From contig NW_003314290.1 in assembly GCF_000143415.4 (NCBI RefSeq), positions 731,111 through 795,110 of the forward strand: 64,000 bases of DNA, written 5' to 3'. Numbering within the stretch: position 1 is the first letter of the stretch; the number at the start of each line of letters is the position of its first letter. Of this stretch, positions 25,488 through 38,969 are shown piece after piece. The position numbers and the translations under genes are program-made. The notes beneath the pieces were generated by a model, which searched no databases, was not told the origin of the DNA, and was given only the letters and a program-made list of their open reading frames with translations. This stretch comes from Selaginella moellendorffii (taxonomy: Eukaryota > Plantae > Lycopodiophyta).

Positions 25488-28060
25488 TCATCCCCTCCTC
25501 TCAGAATAATGGAAGACTATTAGGGTTCTCTCGTAGACGGGCCAGGATCTAGAGGAACGTCAGGAGGAAGCATTAGTGGATCTTTAAGTGGTATTAACTA
25601 CTCCTGATCCTTTGAAGTGTATGAAGTGTTTTAACCGTTGCACATGCACAATCTCCAGAGGATCGGCATGTTGGATGTCATGCTGAACTTCATAAACTTG
25701 TGGTCTAACTTGCCGCAACACTCAATACGGTCTTTTTCATTGTGCAAAGAGCCCCTTATATAAACCACGTACCGTAAGATGGGGAAAATCGATTAACACC
25801 AAATCATCCACTTTGTACTCTGTAGGTGGACGATGATGGGAGTTATAGTGCTGTTGTTATCCCACTTGTATGCGGCCTAAGTGTTTAGTAGAATCTACTC
25901 GAACAAGTGGAAGAATGCTTGTCAAATATTGATCCCACGATCTAGCATTGGCAGCTCATGGCAATCGCGAAAGTAAATCTAGCTCCGTTGGTAATATTGG
26001 ATCATGACCATATAGGAGTTTATATGGTGAAGCACTAACAAAACTCTGCACCCCTGTGACATATGCATACCGAAGAGACAGCAAATAACCATCCCAATCC
26101 GAATGCTAAAAGTTCACATACTTCACAATCATCCCTTTGAATGTCTGAATGAGCCGTTTCACTAGACTGTTTAATTATGGATGATAAGCACTCGTGAAAG
26201 TGTGGCATATCCCCAACCGAGATGTCAAAACATGAAATGCCTCAGCCATAAATGCGGGACCATTATCCGAAAGAATCCGCTCTGGACAAGAATGCTAGAA
26301 CACCACTCGATTGAGGAGGAAGTACCTAACAACAGTTACAGAGGCACTAGCAAGAGCACCAACTTCCACCCAACAAATCAAGTAATCAGAAGCAATAATA
26401 ACATATTTATTGCCAGTAGTCAACTGTGGAAAACATCTCATAAGATCAAACGCCACCAACTCAAACAAACAGGAAATGGCAATTGACTTCAACCGTCCTT
26501 CCGCAGCACAAGGGGGAGTATCATGAGTTTGGCACCAAACGCAGCTACACACATACCGGATAATATCACGTCGCATCTCTGGCCAATAGAAAGATCTGCG
26601 CAGCTTCTCGGTGACACGACGGTGTCCCATATGCCCACCTAGAATAGGAGAATCATGGTAGGCATGGAGAAACCGCGGAATAAACACCAAAGGCACCACC
26701 AGCCGTAAATGATCAGCAGGATCCGTCCCCACAAAATAAAGAAGGCCATCTTCAAGGCGATATTGAGAATGTAAATGCCGAAAAGGTAAGTCATCAGCAA
26801 GTGATGCAGGATTCTTAAACCCATCTCAAAGCCTTCGAATCCACGGCTCAATCTTTTGAGCCTCGCGAACCTCATCAAGAGAAGGTAGATCTTGCTCTAT
26901 GCCCTGTGGACACTGAACGTCAAGGACAGCAACCGCCAACGGCACATAATCCTCATCTAGAAAATCCACAGATGCTGGAACAACAGGTTCGTCAGAAACA
27001 TGAGAAGTGAGTGGAGAAGGAAGAGGAGCTCGAGAAAGAGCATTAGCATTAGCCATAGAACTCTCTGGGCGATGAACAACATCAAAATCATATATTTGAA
27101 GCTTCAAAGCCCATCGAGCAGTACGACTAACCAGGTTCTTTTGCTTCAATAATGAAGTAACGGCAGCATGGTCACCTTCAAGTAACATCTGAGAACTATG
27201 TAGATATGCATGAAGTTTCTCGAAACCCTAGACTGCTACTAAACACTCTTTCTCCGTCGTGGAATAGTTCATCTCTATTGGTTGTAACATACGGCTTATA
27301 TACACAATGGGATGGCGCTGACCAGACACACTTGAGCTCTTTTGCATCAACACACCTCCAAGACCAATGTCAGAAGCATCCATGCGCAAAATAAAAGGTC
27401 GAGTGTAATCAGGATATGTCAAAACCGTAGGAGTCGTCAATAGCTCTTTGAGATCCACAAACGCCCATTCACAATCTGAAGACTAGATGAAAGATGACGT
27501 TGATGACTTCAGCAACACTCATAACGATGCAGTGGGATCAGAAAGATGATCCACAAAACGACTGAGATACTGCACCTTGCCCAAGAAGCATTACACATCA
27601 TTCACACACTTCAAAGTAGGGAACTTCAAAACAGCCACAAGTTTGTCAAGATCAACTTGCAAACCCTCACGAGAAATACGGTACCCAAAATAAGTTGTGT
27701 TGTTAGACCCAAACACGCATTTCGACTGCTTCAACTTTAAACCAACATCCCATAGCCGATCTAACATTTTACAAATATCACGAACATGCTCCTTTCACAT
27801 CCCCTCTAAGTGGATCAAGATATCATTAATGAAGTTAGCAATCACCTCCAGCATATCACAAAGAACTTCGTTCATCATCCGCTGAAAAGTTGTTGGAGCA
27901 TTATTCAAACCAAACAACATTACCAAGAACTCGTACAAATCAAATAGTGTACAAAAAGTAGTTTTAGGAATATCTTCTTTGGCTATCAGTACTTGCCAAT
28001 ACCCAGAAGCAAGATTTAGCTTGGTGAACCAAGACTTCGCCCCAGACGATCCAAGAGATC
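25488..28060 (-). mobile_element. 5'-truncated, decayed Ty3/gypsy pol (RT-RNase H-integrase), no chromodomain seen
   Basis: RT (LASGYWQ..., EFLVMLFGLNNAPTTFQRMM), RNase H (DASDIGLGGVL, NYSTTEKECLVAV), integrase zinc finger (HDSPILGGHMG...CVWCQ); many stops and frameshifts. Confidence 0.88.
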
Positions 28061-29739
28061 AGCAGTGTAAAGATAACACATATAATCATTGTATTATAGA
28101 ATAGTGATTATTAGTGAATTATATAATAGAGTTTCTTTGCTTAAAAGAAGAAGTAAACCTGCATTATCATAGAAGTGTGAAAATGTCATCATGCACAACA
28201 AAATTGCATTTTGTTTTGTTACTGCTCTAATCCCAATTTCCAAAGCATGTCATTAGTATTACCGTAATAGTAATATAACTATTCAGTAGCTACATTATCA
28301 GTAATTAAAAATCTGTATTATTTGAATTTATTAAGATTATTGTGAAAGTTTTTAAATTTTTTAATATCATCATTTAAATTTATCATCCTAACTTTTTTAT
28401 TTTTTTATGTATGACATGTTGTTTGTCCTTTTTCTCTATGGAACTGCAGAAGGTAGCTTGAGTTTTTCTTTCATCTCTGAGAGGAAGCTAACAAAGCTTT
28501 TGCTTGTAGTAACCCAAGCATAGATGGTGAAAACTGGTGGCAAGGCCATGCACATGCTACTCAATTCCCAGCCAAGGCACTCTTAAAAGGATTGATTCAC
28601 CAGGTTTAATATTTGTAGCATCACAAGTCTCCCTGCAAGCTGCCTTGGTCACTCAGAGAAACTGAGAGACAGTCTACTTCATGATTGAGTTGAAGGAACT
28701 CAAGTTGGTTCTTTGGTTGTAGTTGCTATTTGTGGGATTGAAACACCAGAGGATCTTCTCATAGATGGCCTGGGACATGAATGCATCCTTGCCAACACTG
28801 ATTTTCAGGGGTTGTTCATGTAAGTAGTACTCATTTCCTACAAGTTTGGTACTCTGTGCAGGTTGGGTCATTTGTCTAACACAGCGAGGGGTGAAATCTC
28901 ATTGTAAACTCCTCACTATGGCCATGTCGATGTGGTGGCAGCAGCCAGAGAGCTTGCCTTCAAGCTAGACAGCCCGAGCTTCAGGTTTTGAAAGAAAAAA
29001 AAAAGCTTGCTCTTTGCTCATGTTGTTTTCATTTCTTTAGCAGGTAGCTCTAGATCATAAAAAATATTTGGCTTTTTTACTTCCATACTTGGTCCCAGTG
29101 GGAGTGTGAAAGCTTTTCTCTCAGATTTCCCAGACACTTGCTGGGCGGGAATGATGGTACATATGCATGACTTTTTCCTATATTGTTTTTCAATCTCTTT
29201 CTCTTTCTTGAGCAACTATGGCAGTGCTTTCCAAAACTTACACACTTATGGCGGATTTCCCTGCATTGATGCTGTTATTGCCTACATCTTTGAAGATAAC
29301 AGCACATAGATGATAATTTGATAACATCACTTGATATCAAATCAAAATCTGGATTTGATCATTTGTAATCTGGATCTATAATACAGAGCACTTAGGGATG
29401 GACGGTTTCCTGTGAAAGTCTGCAAGAACAAGGTAACTGTAGAGTTGCAAGGAAAGAACCTTCAGGAACTTACTCTATGAGGAATCAAATAATCCAGAAC
29501 ACCTTCTGCTCGAGGTTCCTCGGGGATATGAAAGAACACGAGAGATTCCTTACTGACCTTGCCATAAGCAAATATGTCTGCTTGGGCATATAAACTTGTC
29601 ATTTGTTATAAAAATTTACTAACAATCTCATCTGAATGAACCATCAGCCTGTGGTAACGAGAGTAATAACAGTTGTCTTACTTCTCAAAATCACTGATTG
29701 CTGTCTTTTGATGATTCCAATGAATTCGCGCGGAACAAC

Positions 29740-30320
29740 TTGATGTTTGTTACTATCTGAAAGTACTGAGCTCTCCTTCACCAAGGCGCAAAAATGCAGA
29801 AAAGCCAAAGTGTTGAGGCTGATATTGTCATTAAACTTGTTTTTTTATGAACACAAGAATGCCATTCACAGTCTGTGAATATTGTGTTGTTCTCGGTTTC
29901 AGTAATGTGTTGAAAGTAATTTCTGGCAACTTTCTCCACCGGTTCAAATGCAAGATGGATAATGCTGCAATCTCTATCTGTTGCAGCAGTAATAAAGATC
30001 TGTAATTGATAAAGCATTGATACCTTGTCCAAAATTACTCAAAACTTTGTTACCATAACTGTAATTTTTGCCAACTTGGATGCTGCCTCTGTTGAGATCT
30101 GTGGTACTCAAGAGGGAACTTGGCAACCTCTTCAGGAATTTTCTCCACTTCTTGGCTTTTACAAGGAAATCAATACCCTTGTAAGGCTTCTGGTTGAAAA
30201 GTATGATTCCTTTCTGCATAGTGTAAAAAGCTTGTAATTGAATGCCCAGTCCTTCATACATCCCTGGTGTATAAGGTGGAAAAGTTATAGAAGAAATTTG
30301 CAGCACTGGCGCTCTCTTAC
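29740..30320 (-). pseudogene. Fragments of a BIG-type ARF guanine exchange factor (Sec7 start fused to a downstream HDS region)
   Basis: QKGIILFNQKPYKGIDFLVKAKK (Sec7 helix A) followed within ~200 bp by IFITAATDRDCSIIHLAFEPVEKVARNYFQHITETENNTIFTDC; frameshifted. Confidence 0.72.
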
Positions 30321-33300
30321 AATGAAGCAGGGATAGAGATTACCTGAAGCTCAAGGTTGTAAACACATCTTTGACTGCACTTTCAGTTGATGCTTGATCT
30401 GTTTCTGACTCTAATGGTTCAGTGGTCTCATCACCGACTTCTGTAGCAATATCTCCTGCCATGGATATGCTTAGAGTGTCCGGTTCATGGAGTGGGAATG
30501 TCTACTTCAATGCCACAATTGCTCGCAAAGACATTTCTAGCAATGAAACTATAACTTCAATATTATGTCCTGCAGAAACAAGTTTCTTGCCAATAAGGTC
30601 CTGTCCGCAGAAAAATCCAGACTTTTTAAAAAAGAAATCCGATGAATGACATGATCACCTGTGTCACATTGAAGGCATATTTTAAATTTTTCAACATCCA
30701 GGCAAGTATCACTAATCCGCATAGTGGAAGCTAGCAAGGAATGAAACCACAGTTTGTCTGACCTGATAAAAAAATTGGGCCAGTGCAAAATGGAATAAAA
30801 GATGCCAGATGCCATATGCCAATAGCACTTTTAAATAAGGGAGTATGATGGCACGACCTTGAGAACAGAATCCTAAAGTATAGATCTAAATTCTAGCATC
30901 TCAAAATCAGGAAATTTATCATAGTTTAATTGAAAGTTTACTCAGTAAAAGGGTCTTAAGTGGGTTGACCACTAAAGAGCGAAAAGAAAATTTTGCAAAC
31001 ACAAGAAAATGTATGTGACTCAAGTGTTAAAATATTGAAATGTTGATGCAAAACTTTTTTAAGGTTATTCAATATATTCAATTTAAAGCTTTAACTAAAC
31101 ATGCAATTTTATCAAATGAGCTATCCAAGCTTAAACACTTAAGTCTTTCCAAAGTTGGCCATGAGATAATAAAATTGAGATTTATAAAGATCTCTTAATG
31201 ACCAATGCCAAATTAACACTAAATGTGAGTTTACTATTTGGTGATTGAATGGTATCTAAGGCAACTTAAATATAGTCAATGAATGGTGTTTAGGGCCCTT
31301 TTAAATAATTTGTTGCATAGTTACATGCAACAATGCTTGGTTTGCTTAATAGTAATGATCAAATGAAAGTTTATAATTATAAACATGTTTATATTTTATA
31401 AATACAAGATTAATTTTATTCAATATCAACTGTTAGATGGTAGAATAAACTAAAATATACTAAAAGTGTTTAGGAAAGTTTATAAATTATAAATACTTAA
31501 TTAATCTAAATGAATAACAAATGGTAGAATATCCTAGAATATCAAAAGATATCAAAAATTGATTGGTGTAAAAACACTGTATGGGGTTGCCAAAAAATAA
31601 GCCATTTTATTTTGGATCATTAATCACTCAAAAAATTAGGATTGGCCCAATATCTTTTTTGTTTACATTAAAGTTTTATTTTGCATTTTTGCTTAGGTGG
31701 CATCATTTTATCTAATATAGATGGACATTAAATGGTCTTAAGGTGGGGTTCTATACTCCACCTTGAGAGGAAATTTTCCAAAGGGGAGAAATTAAACCCT
31801 AGATTCCATGCCCCCCTTGGTGACATTGACACCCAAAATAGAGGGGATAGGATGGTGTTCCCCTTATAAATTTCTCCCAAAGCCTAAAACTTAGTGAAAT
31901 ATAAAAATAAAATAATGCCATATGGTTAAATTGCCATATCGTCTAAACATTTTACATATCCACTTCCATATTGAATTTACCAATCCTTCTATGGTGTAAA
32001 CTATGTGAAACAATTAGTCATCCATCCATATTGTAATCCTATAGTGGATACTTTCGTCCAAGAATACCTTATAATAAAAAAAACATATACATGGATGCCC
32101 AATATATATGAAAATGCCCCACAAGAGGAAGGACATATGCATGGATGCCTAATACATATGATTTCAAATTTAGGGGTAGGAATATACTTTGCTCAAGGGT
32201 ATATTATATTTTAAATAGCTATCAATTAATAGGAATTGAACATGTGACATTTTCTTTAATACCAAATGTAGTGCACCTTATCTTTCTTCCCTTAAGTCAA
32301 TTGGAAAAGAGGCAATTGCTTAATGAAAAAGCCTTTAGTGGTTATTTTATCCCCATTTATCCCCAAAGTTTCAAAAATCCACGATGACAATATATTCAAA
32401 TCTTATTCCATGATTGCATACACTACACCCTTACCTTATCCATGGTTGTAATTTAGTTTCTATTCTAGTTCACTAATAGCTCAAATTCATGTAAATATAA
32501 ATTTTATAATTCTAGAATTTTTTTTTTTTAAAAAAAAATCTATGGAGGAGAGGGCTCTTTTTTTAGTGCTAGCATGGGATCTATGTCAAATACAGCTATG
32601 ATCTAGGTATTTTTCATTTTCTCTTAAAATTTTACAATGAATGAAAATTTTACAATGCATTTTACAAGCTAGATATTTTTTTCCAATTGTGTTTTCACTT
32701 TGTTTTGAATGCATTTTTGCAATAACAAGGATTTCATGGTAGGGGAATTAGAAATTCCTTTTTCAAAACTTTAATATCACTCCCTCTTCCAAAAACGTTT
32801 TTTGATGGAGCAATAAGTATTCTAGAGGTATAAAAAATATTATTCATGTTTTTTTTTCTGATTTTATGACTTGTTTTCCTAGAATGAACTAACTTTAAAT
32901 GATGACCAAAAAAGAAAATGGTTTACTAATAAGAACATGACTCTTCAGTATGCAAAGAGGATAGAGAAGGAAAAAGATCGAGAATGCAGTGGCCATAGAA
33001 AGTCAATGAAAGGACAAAAGAAGTGATAATGCATTTTCAGGGTTTTACATTCACAAAGATTTCGTTGCACACAAAAGCCATAAGAGTCACAATAGGATGA
33101 ATTTGCAAAAAAGTGAAAGTAAATTAGTGATTACAAGAAATATCCCATCAATAAAACTATCATGAATTTACTGCGAGGATGAAGAAAGATGTGAAGTTTT
33201 TCCATACATTCGATAAAGGCCTTTATAATAAAATGTTATTGTGGATAACACAATCAAGAGCTAATATTCCAAGTAGCCATTAAGTTGATACATCTATGGA

Positions 33301-33699
33301 TTTCACAATTGCAAGTAAGTCATCGGGCTATAGTAAGTTCATTTAGATTTTTTGATTGACTTTTGTTGTGATTGCCATCAAACTCTAATTCACTACTAGT
33401 TGTTTCACTTAGTAGTAAATAATATAAATACTTGGTTTGCTTTGAATTTATCGGAATTACGAGGTCACCGCAAGGTTGGATATAACACTATACTTTGGCT
33501 TACAAATATGGTTGCATGGATTTTCAGGGGCACCACCTTGTAATCAACCAGAGCCAACATCTTTAAAGAAAAGTTCTTAGACTTGGGAAATAGAGGGAAA
33601 ATATTCATGGGGAGGAGTGCCTCCATTTTTGTCAAATAGTTCAAAGTCTTGGGATACAGAGAGATAACCACCCAGGGGTGTCCACACAGATAGATAGAT

Positions 33700-33735
33700 A
33701 TATAAAGATATCTATACATATCTCTATATCTATAC

Positions 33736-33810
<75 letters not shown>

Positions 33811-33860
33811 CACACATGTATGTATATGTATACCTATTATAAAGGATGTATATATATGTA
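33700..33860. repeat. (TA)n/(CA)n microsatellite next to an assembly gap
   Basis: Directly visible. Confidence 0.95.
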
Positions 33861-34184
33861 NNNNNNNNNNNNNNNNNNNNNNNNNNNNNNNNNNNNNNNN
33901 NNNNNNNNNNNNNNNNNNNNNNNNNNNNNNNNNNNNNNNNNNNNNNNNNNNNNNNNNNNNGATGATTTCTATTTCTAAAGGAGGTTTTACCAATGTAATT
34001 TGTTCCTAGCTCTCATATATGGTTATAACATTAGTAGTCTATTAATACCAAAATAATATTGATATTTCTCTGAAAAATAAAGAAACTATTATTTAATATT
34101 TTATTATTTCATTAGAAACTGAAAAACAGAAAAACTTGAAATTTAGCTTCATAATTTCTGCAGAGAAATAAATTTATTTATTAT

Positions 34185-35120
34185 TTAATTTGGAATTTTC
34201 CAAATACAATTAAACTTTTCAATATTACAAGATGCAATAAAACCTTCATTTTCAACACATACAGCCATAGGTTGAAAACTTCTTTTATAATAATTATTTG
34301 ACCATAAAGCTTTTAAATTACCATCATAAAGAACAAGATTTCCATCTATTTGAATTCTAAGAAAGCAATTTTTTCCTTTGTTTTGTGTATTTGTAGACCA
34401 TAAAATAGTTTTTCCTTCAAAAAATATTAAGTTACAATCTAGTTGCATATATAGCATAAATTTCAGATTTGGAGATATAAGAAAATCCCCTCCTTTTAAA
34501 TTAGAAAAATGAGAAGTATCTTTTGAGCTTCTAATACAAGTTTTTCGCCATTTACAATCACCATTTTCATTTTCATCATTTATATAAAGTTTAGGATAAA
34601 TATTTAAAAGACTATAGTTTTTATAAAAATCTGGTTCATATCTTTTATAGTTTCTATAAAATACATTTAAATTATCTGAACTTGGTTTCTCATATACATA
34701 CATTATGCTGAATCTACCAACAATATATTCAGTTAAAGCCCATTTTAAAATTTCACTATCATTTAATATAAAGTTTCTATATATTCTTTGAAGGATATAT
34801 CTTAATGATAAACCTGGCTTAGGAGTACCATAACTGGGGAATAAACTGCACATTGGTATGTAATACCAAGGAACTTGACGATTAAAAGATGTTATAATTA
34901 TAGTAATTCCAGCAGTAATATCAACAAATTTGCGTTCAAACCCTGGGTAATAAGGAGTATTATCTCCAACCATTTCTATAGTTCTGATTATATAAGAAAG
35001 TATTAAACTTCTCACATTATGGGGAATAGGATTTACTTGTTCATCTTCACGAATAATCTCAACTGAAATACATGTATTAAGTAAAATAGAAATGATTAAC
35101 ATCAAAAGAAATGGACACAT
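34185..35120 (-). CDS. Secreted protein: signal peptide + unknown ~190-aa domain + bulb-type (GNA-like) mannose-binding lectin domain
   Basis: Intact 311-aa intronless ORF with hydrophobic N-terminus. The C-terminus has B-lectin motifs MQLDCNLIFF..ILWSTNT and IQIDGNLVLYD..ALWS. A TATATATAAA box lies ~35 bp upstream of the ATG. Confidence 0.78.
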   Translation of the reverse strand: MCPFLLMLIISILLNTCISVEIIREDEQVNPIPHNVRSLILSYIIRTIEMVGDNTPYYPGFERKFVDITAGITIIITSFNRQVPWYYIPMCSLFPSYGTPKPGLSLRYILQRIYRNFILNDSEILKWALTEYIVGRFSIMYVYEKPSSDNLNVFYRNYKRYEPDFYKNYSLLNIYPKLYINDENENGDCKWRKTCIRSSKDTSHFSNLKGGDFLISPNLKFMLYMQLDCNLIFFEGKTILWSTNTQNKGKNCFLRIQIDGNLVLYDGNLKALWSNNYYKRSFQPMAVCVENEGFIASCNIEKFNCIWKIPN

Positions 35121-36638
35121 TTTTCGTTTATCTTTATCTACTGCTAGTTTTTTATATATAAATCATAAGGGATTTAAGGATATACCAAAAAGTTAAATTG
35201 TAATCTTCACTAAAAACAATTATTTATTGCTGAAATTGTTTTGACTATAAGGTTAAAGAAAAAAGAGGTCTTAGGTTGTAGTGTATATTAAATGGTTTTA
35301 GTTTTCTTAAGCAAAAATGTAGGGGTGGTAGTGGATATATCTAGAATATTCTTAGATAATCTATTATTTATTTATTAATCTTGTATTTATAATTTATAAG
35401 CATATTTATAATTTTCAAACTTTTATAAACATTTTTATTAATTAATTTTATAAAATTAAGGATTATTAAATATATTAATAAATAGTACGTTGCTATTTGC
35501 AACATGAAACAAATTATTGTGATTATGAAATGATGGTAGAATAAATAAATAGCACTAAGCTTGTACAATGCCATAAAACATGACATAAACATAGAAGTGG
35601 TTTACAATCAGTGTTTCTTCATTTCTTATTCTCTTTCTTCTAGAGTAATCAATTTTGGACAAGATGAGATGCCACTTTGGGTGTGAAGAAAATGTTTTTT
35701 CTTGATGGCACATATATTTAACACACTTTGTAAAAAATAGTGACACTTGTTAAAATGATCAGGACTCATAGATGCCCATGTAGAAAATCTAGAGCACAAG
35801 AACTGGAGCTTGATGTCTCACAACAATGTTCTTGATGAGGCTTGACGATAAAACACCTGAATGGCCAATTGGAAATCACTGGCAACTGCAAAATTTACCG
35901 GGAAGAACAGCACAAACATCTTTGCAATATCCCTTACTTATCAACTTCTGTTATTTGCTGATAAGTTATCATGCAAATGCAAACAGCTCCATAGTTCTTG
36001 AAGTACATAAGCCTACTACAAGCTTTGAAGATCTCCCTGTTAGTGTGTTGTTTAAGGGGCAACGAACACCCATTCATGAGCAGAAACTCCGGCGGTTTAC
36101 CTCATCTTAGACCGGAAGTGGAATAGTCGCTAAATTTTCTCTCACTAAATGGGTTCAAACATACTAGACTTAAGACTCACAGAACCATAAATTCGGCAAC
36201 AGGAAGATCCAGATTGCAACCTACACAAAAATTCCTCACTTTAGAAAAAATTCTCTTTATGATTTAGAGCCAGTGTTCATGGTTGTCTATCATTGCATTT
36301 CATCTCAAACACAAGATTCCCTTATTGCTTCCACTATTTAAGATTTCAGCTACCCTTGCACCTTCCATGCAGCATCCACATCATCGCCACGTGGAGTGCC
36401 AAAAAGTACAGACCATCCCTCTACTGCCATCAAGAAAACTCAAGCCTGTGGAATTTTTGGAGCGGGCGGTGGTTGGCCTTTCCCAAATCATATTTAGATA
36501 AGCTGGCTGCATCAGTAGGTAGTCTCCACCCGTGCGAGCGAGCCATGACTCGCAAGTGTAGCCGCCAGAGTAAGCATCCCGTTTTTGTTTTTCAGAATGA
36601 GTCCAGACGCAGCACAAGTAGGCCAATATACCACACGG

Positions 36639-38072
36639 TTAACTGTCGTCCATGTACTTTTCTTGAACAGCAGCATTTGTATCTGCCAGTGATCAAGGAG
36701 GGACTAGAAACAAAGAAACGATAGAAACAGATTGATAGGAAAAAAGGATATCTGTAGTAGTCCCAGTTAAGAGGCCCAGCAGCAATTTTGCTGAACTCTC
36801 TCATGTTTCCTTCGATTCCTGAAAAGATGTAGCCATTGCATTTGTCGACTAGTTTCATGAGATCAGCCACACTCTCTTTGTCCTGTAAAAAAAAAATCTC
36901 TTGCTCCTACATTCAAGAGGCAAACGAGGTTGAGAAACTCACCTGGATGTTCAGTGTTGTAAAGCTGACCAGCGAGTAATCGCCCACAAGCTCACAGAGA
37001 CCCTCGGTTAGTTTCCTGCGAGTATGTTCTTCAAAGTTCGAAAGCAAGGTCAATAGAAGCGTTACCTGTACTTAGCCATGCGGGGATTTTGATCCAAATG
37101 ATCCACCAAGTAGCTCAAGTCTTGAAGGTCTGTGTAAAACTCCAAATTGTACGCTGCAGACGTCTCGCACGAATGAGACGCGTCTCAAAATCGATAAATA
37201 GCAATAACGAGCGAAGATCTCACCAAGTTTGCCATATTGTTCGATAAGATCGATCTTCGAGAGGACGTTTACATGCGGAAGCTCCAGGTGCATCATTGTG
37301 TTTAGTGATAAAAGTGACGCCGAAATAAACTTCCCAGGATCGCTGCACAAGTGAGCGTCAACAAGGTGGACAGCGGCCAACTGCACACAAGCTGCGAATT
37401 TCAGCGATATAAGAACTAAAAATCGGAGTATCAATGGAAAATCTAGAAATAAAAGTAGCTCACCCGATAGTCCCACTTGGTTGTCATCTCGTCGATTACT
37501 TTCTTGGCGTTGCTGTGTAGTGTGAAGAGCTCGACTTGACCGGGAAAATCAAAGAGAAAGTAGTGATCTAAGCCAAAAGGCAAGCATGAACGAAACCAGC
37601 ATTTGAGCGAAAGCAGTACCTTTTTCTAAAGGCTTGAGCTTGTTCTTGAGCCAGTCTATATTCATCATCAAGTAATCCATGCAGTAGATTAGACCTGCAA
37701 AAACTCCAGAAAATAAGCTAGAAACCAAGTCCAAAGCAAACTCTCACCTCCATTTGGCCCCAAGTTGTATTGATTCATTACATCTTCCAGCCTCACGAGC
37801 TCCGCAATGTTTACAGCACACTCATACCTTTGAAAAAACAATTCCATCACTCTTTGCTCACATTCTAGCGCAAACTTACGGTAGCCAGTCATTGGCCGGA
37901 TCGAGATTGATCACTGCGGTTTTCCTGACACAAAACTTCGCTATAAGAAACCCCCGCATTCGCGATCGCGCGACGCTTACCTCCCAATGAGACCGAGGAA
38001 TTGCTGGAGACCATTGCAGTAAGTCGTCTTCCCGGATCCGGGCGGGCCTATGACGATTTGCCCAAACACCAT
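36639..38072 (-). CDS. GPN2: GPN-loop GTPase 2 (QQT1 orthologue), multi-exon, last intron AT-AC
   Basis: [42 protein letters not shown] and [15 protein letters not shown]. Splicing the AT-AC intron gives the end WDYYR|[12 protein letters not shown]. Confidence 0.94.
36679..36751 (-). other. U12-type (minor spliceosome) AT-AC intron
   Basis: 5' site ATATCCTTTT, branch-like TCCTTGATC and terminal AC; removal restores the frame and the conserved C-terminus. Confidence 0.88.
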
Positions 38073-38387
38073 CGCATAAACCCTAGAAAAATATTTAGGG
38101 CTCTTTGTTGATGTGGACGGCTAGGATAAGCGCAGTATTTAATTACGGAATATTACTAGGCGACGGATTGGACGGTCAGGATTTGTCAGACAATACAACG
38201 GCGGGAGAAGGAAAAAAAAACACCGTTGTTCTTCCCAATTTCTCTTTAGATCAGGGTTTGGCGAGGACATAGCGTCACCGATCGGCCATCGCGATCGCGG
38301 CCGTGGGAGCTCCATCGCCTTCTCCGGGTGTGCATTCCCGATCTTCCGCAGCTGCAGCGGGGCGATCGCATTCGATCTTGATCAGGG

Positions 38388-38969
38388 ATGACGCTAGGGT
38401 CGGGGCTGCCGCTTTGCCTCGCCGGGATCGACATTTCTCAGCAGGTTTCTTTCCCCTCTCTTGGATCTCAACACTGTTGACCATATTTCCAGGCTCGCTG
38501 CGTGAGGCAATACAAGAATGCCACTCGAGAGGCTCCACTTTGCGGCGATTCAGCGTCGTCCTCTGGAGAATCGCGGTAAGGTTTGTGCGTTTTGTTGTTC
38601 TCTTGAGTCTTGGCTTGATGGAATCTTCTATTTCCATTTTCGTGTCAGTAGAAGAGTAAATGACCCTTACACGTCTTCCAGAAGCGAGGATCGCAGTGAT
38701 TCCGGCGTGGATATGGTGACAGAGACAAGGAAGGCATTCTTCCGCGTGGGACTAGCCAAAGAGTGAGTTGGGCGATCCTTTGTTGGTGAGAGTGATGGTT
38801 TTTTCTTTCTTTCCACAGGATGGAGTTCTTAGATCGCAGGCGAGAGGCGCTCAAGGAGCAACAACGAACACGGCAGGAGGAGCAACTTAGACGACTCAGG
38901 GAAGTGATAGAATCTAGAGCAACCCAAAGTTTCGATCCTGTCCAGTCCCATGGAGCTAGAGCTGCGTGA
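38388..38969 (+). CDS. Uncharacterised 4-exon small protein with charged C-terminal coiled coil
   Basis: Three short GT-AG introns join a single frame: MTLGSGLPLCLAGIDISQQ|ARCV...GESR|RRVNDPY...GLAKE|MEFLDRRREALKEQQRTRQEEQLRRLRE...ARAA*. It is divergent from GPN2. Confidence 0.55.

Noticed and set aside
33465-33993. ORFs with YI repeats or X runs
   Set aside because: Translation of a (TA)n microsatellite and an assembly gap.
36283-36724. Short + strand ORFs downstream of GPN2
   Set aside because: No recognisable motifs or splice structure; partly antisense to the GPN2 3' end.
38700-38969. Resemblance of the orphan gene C-terminus to ATPase inhibitor IF1
   Set aside because: Only compositional (charged helix) similarity; not enough to assign.
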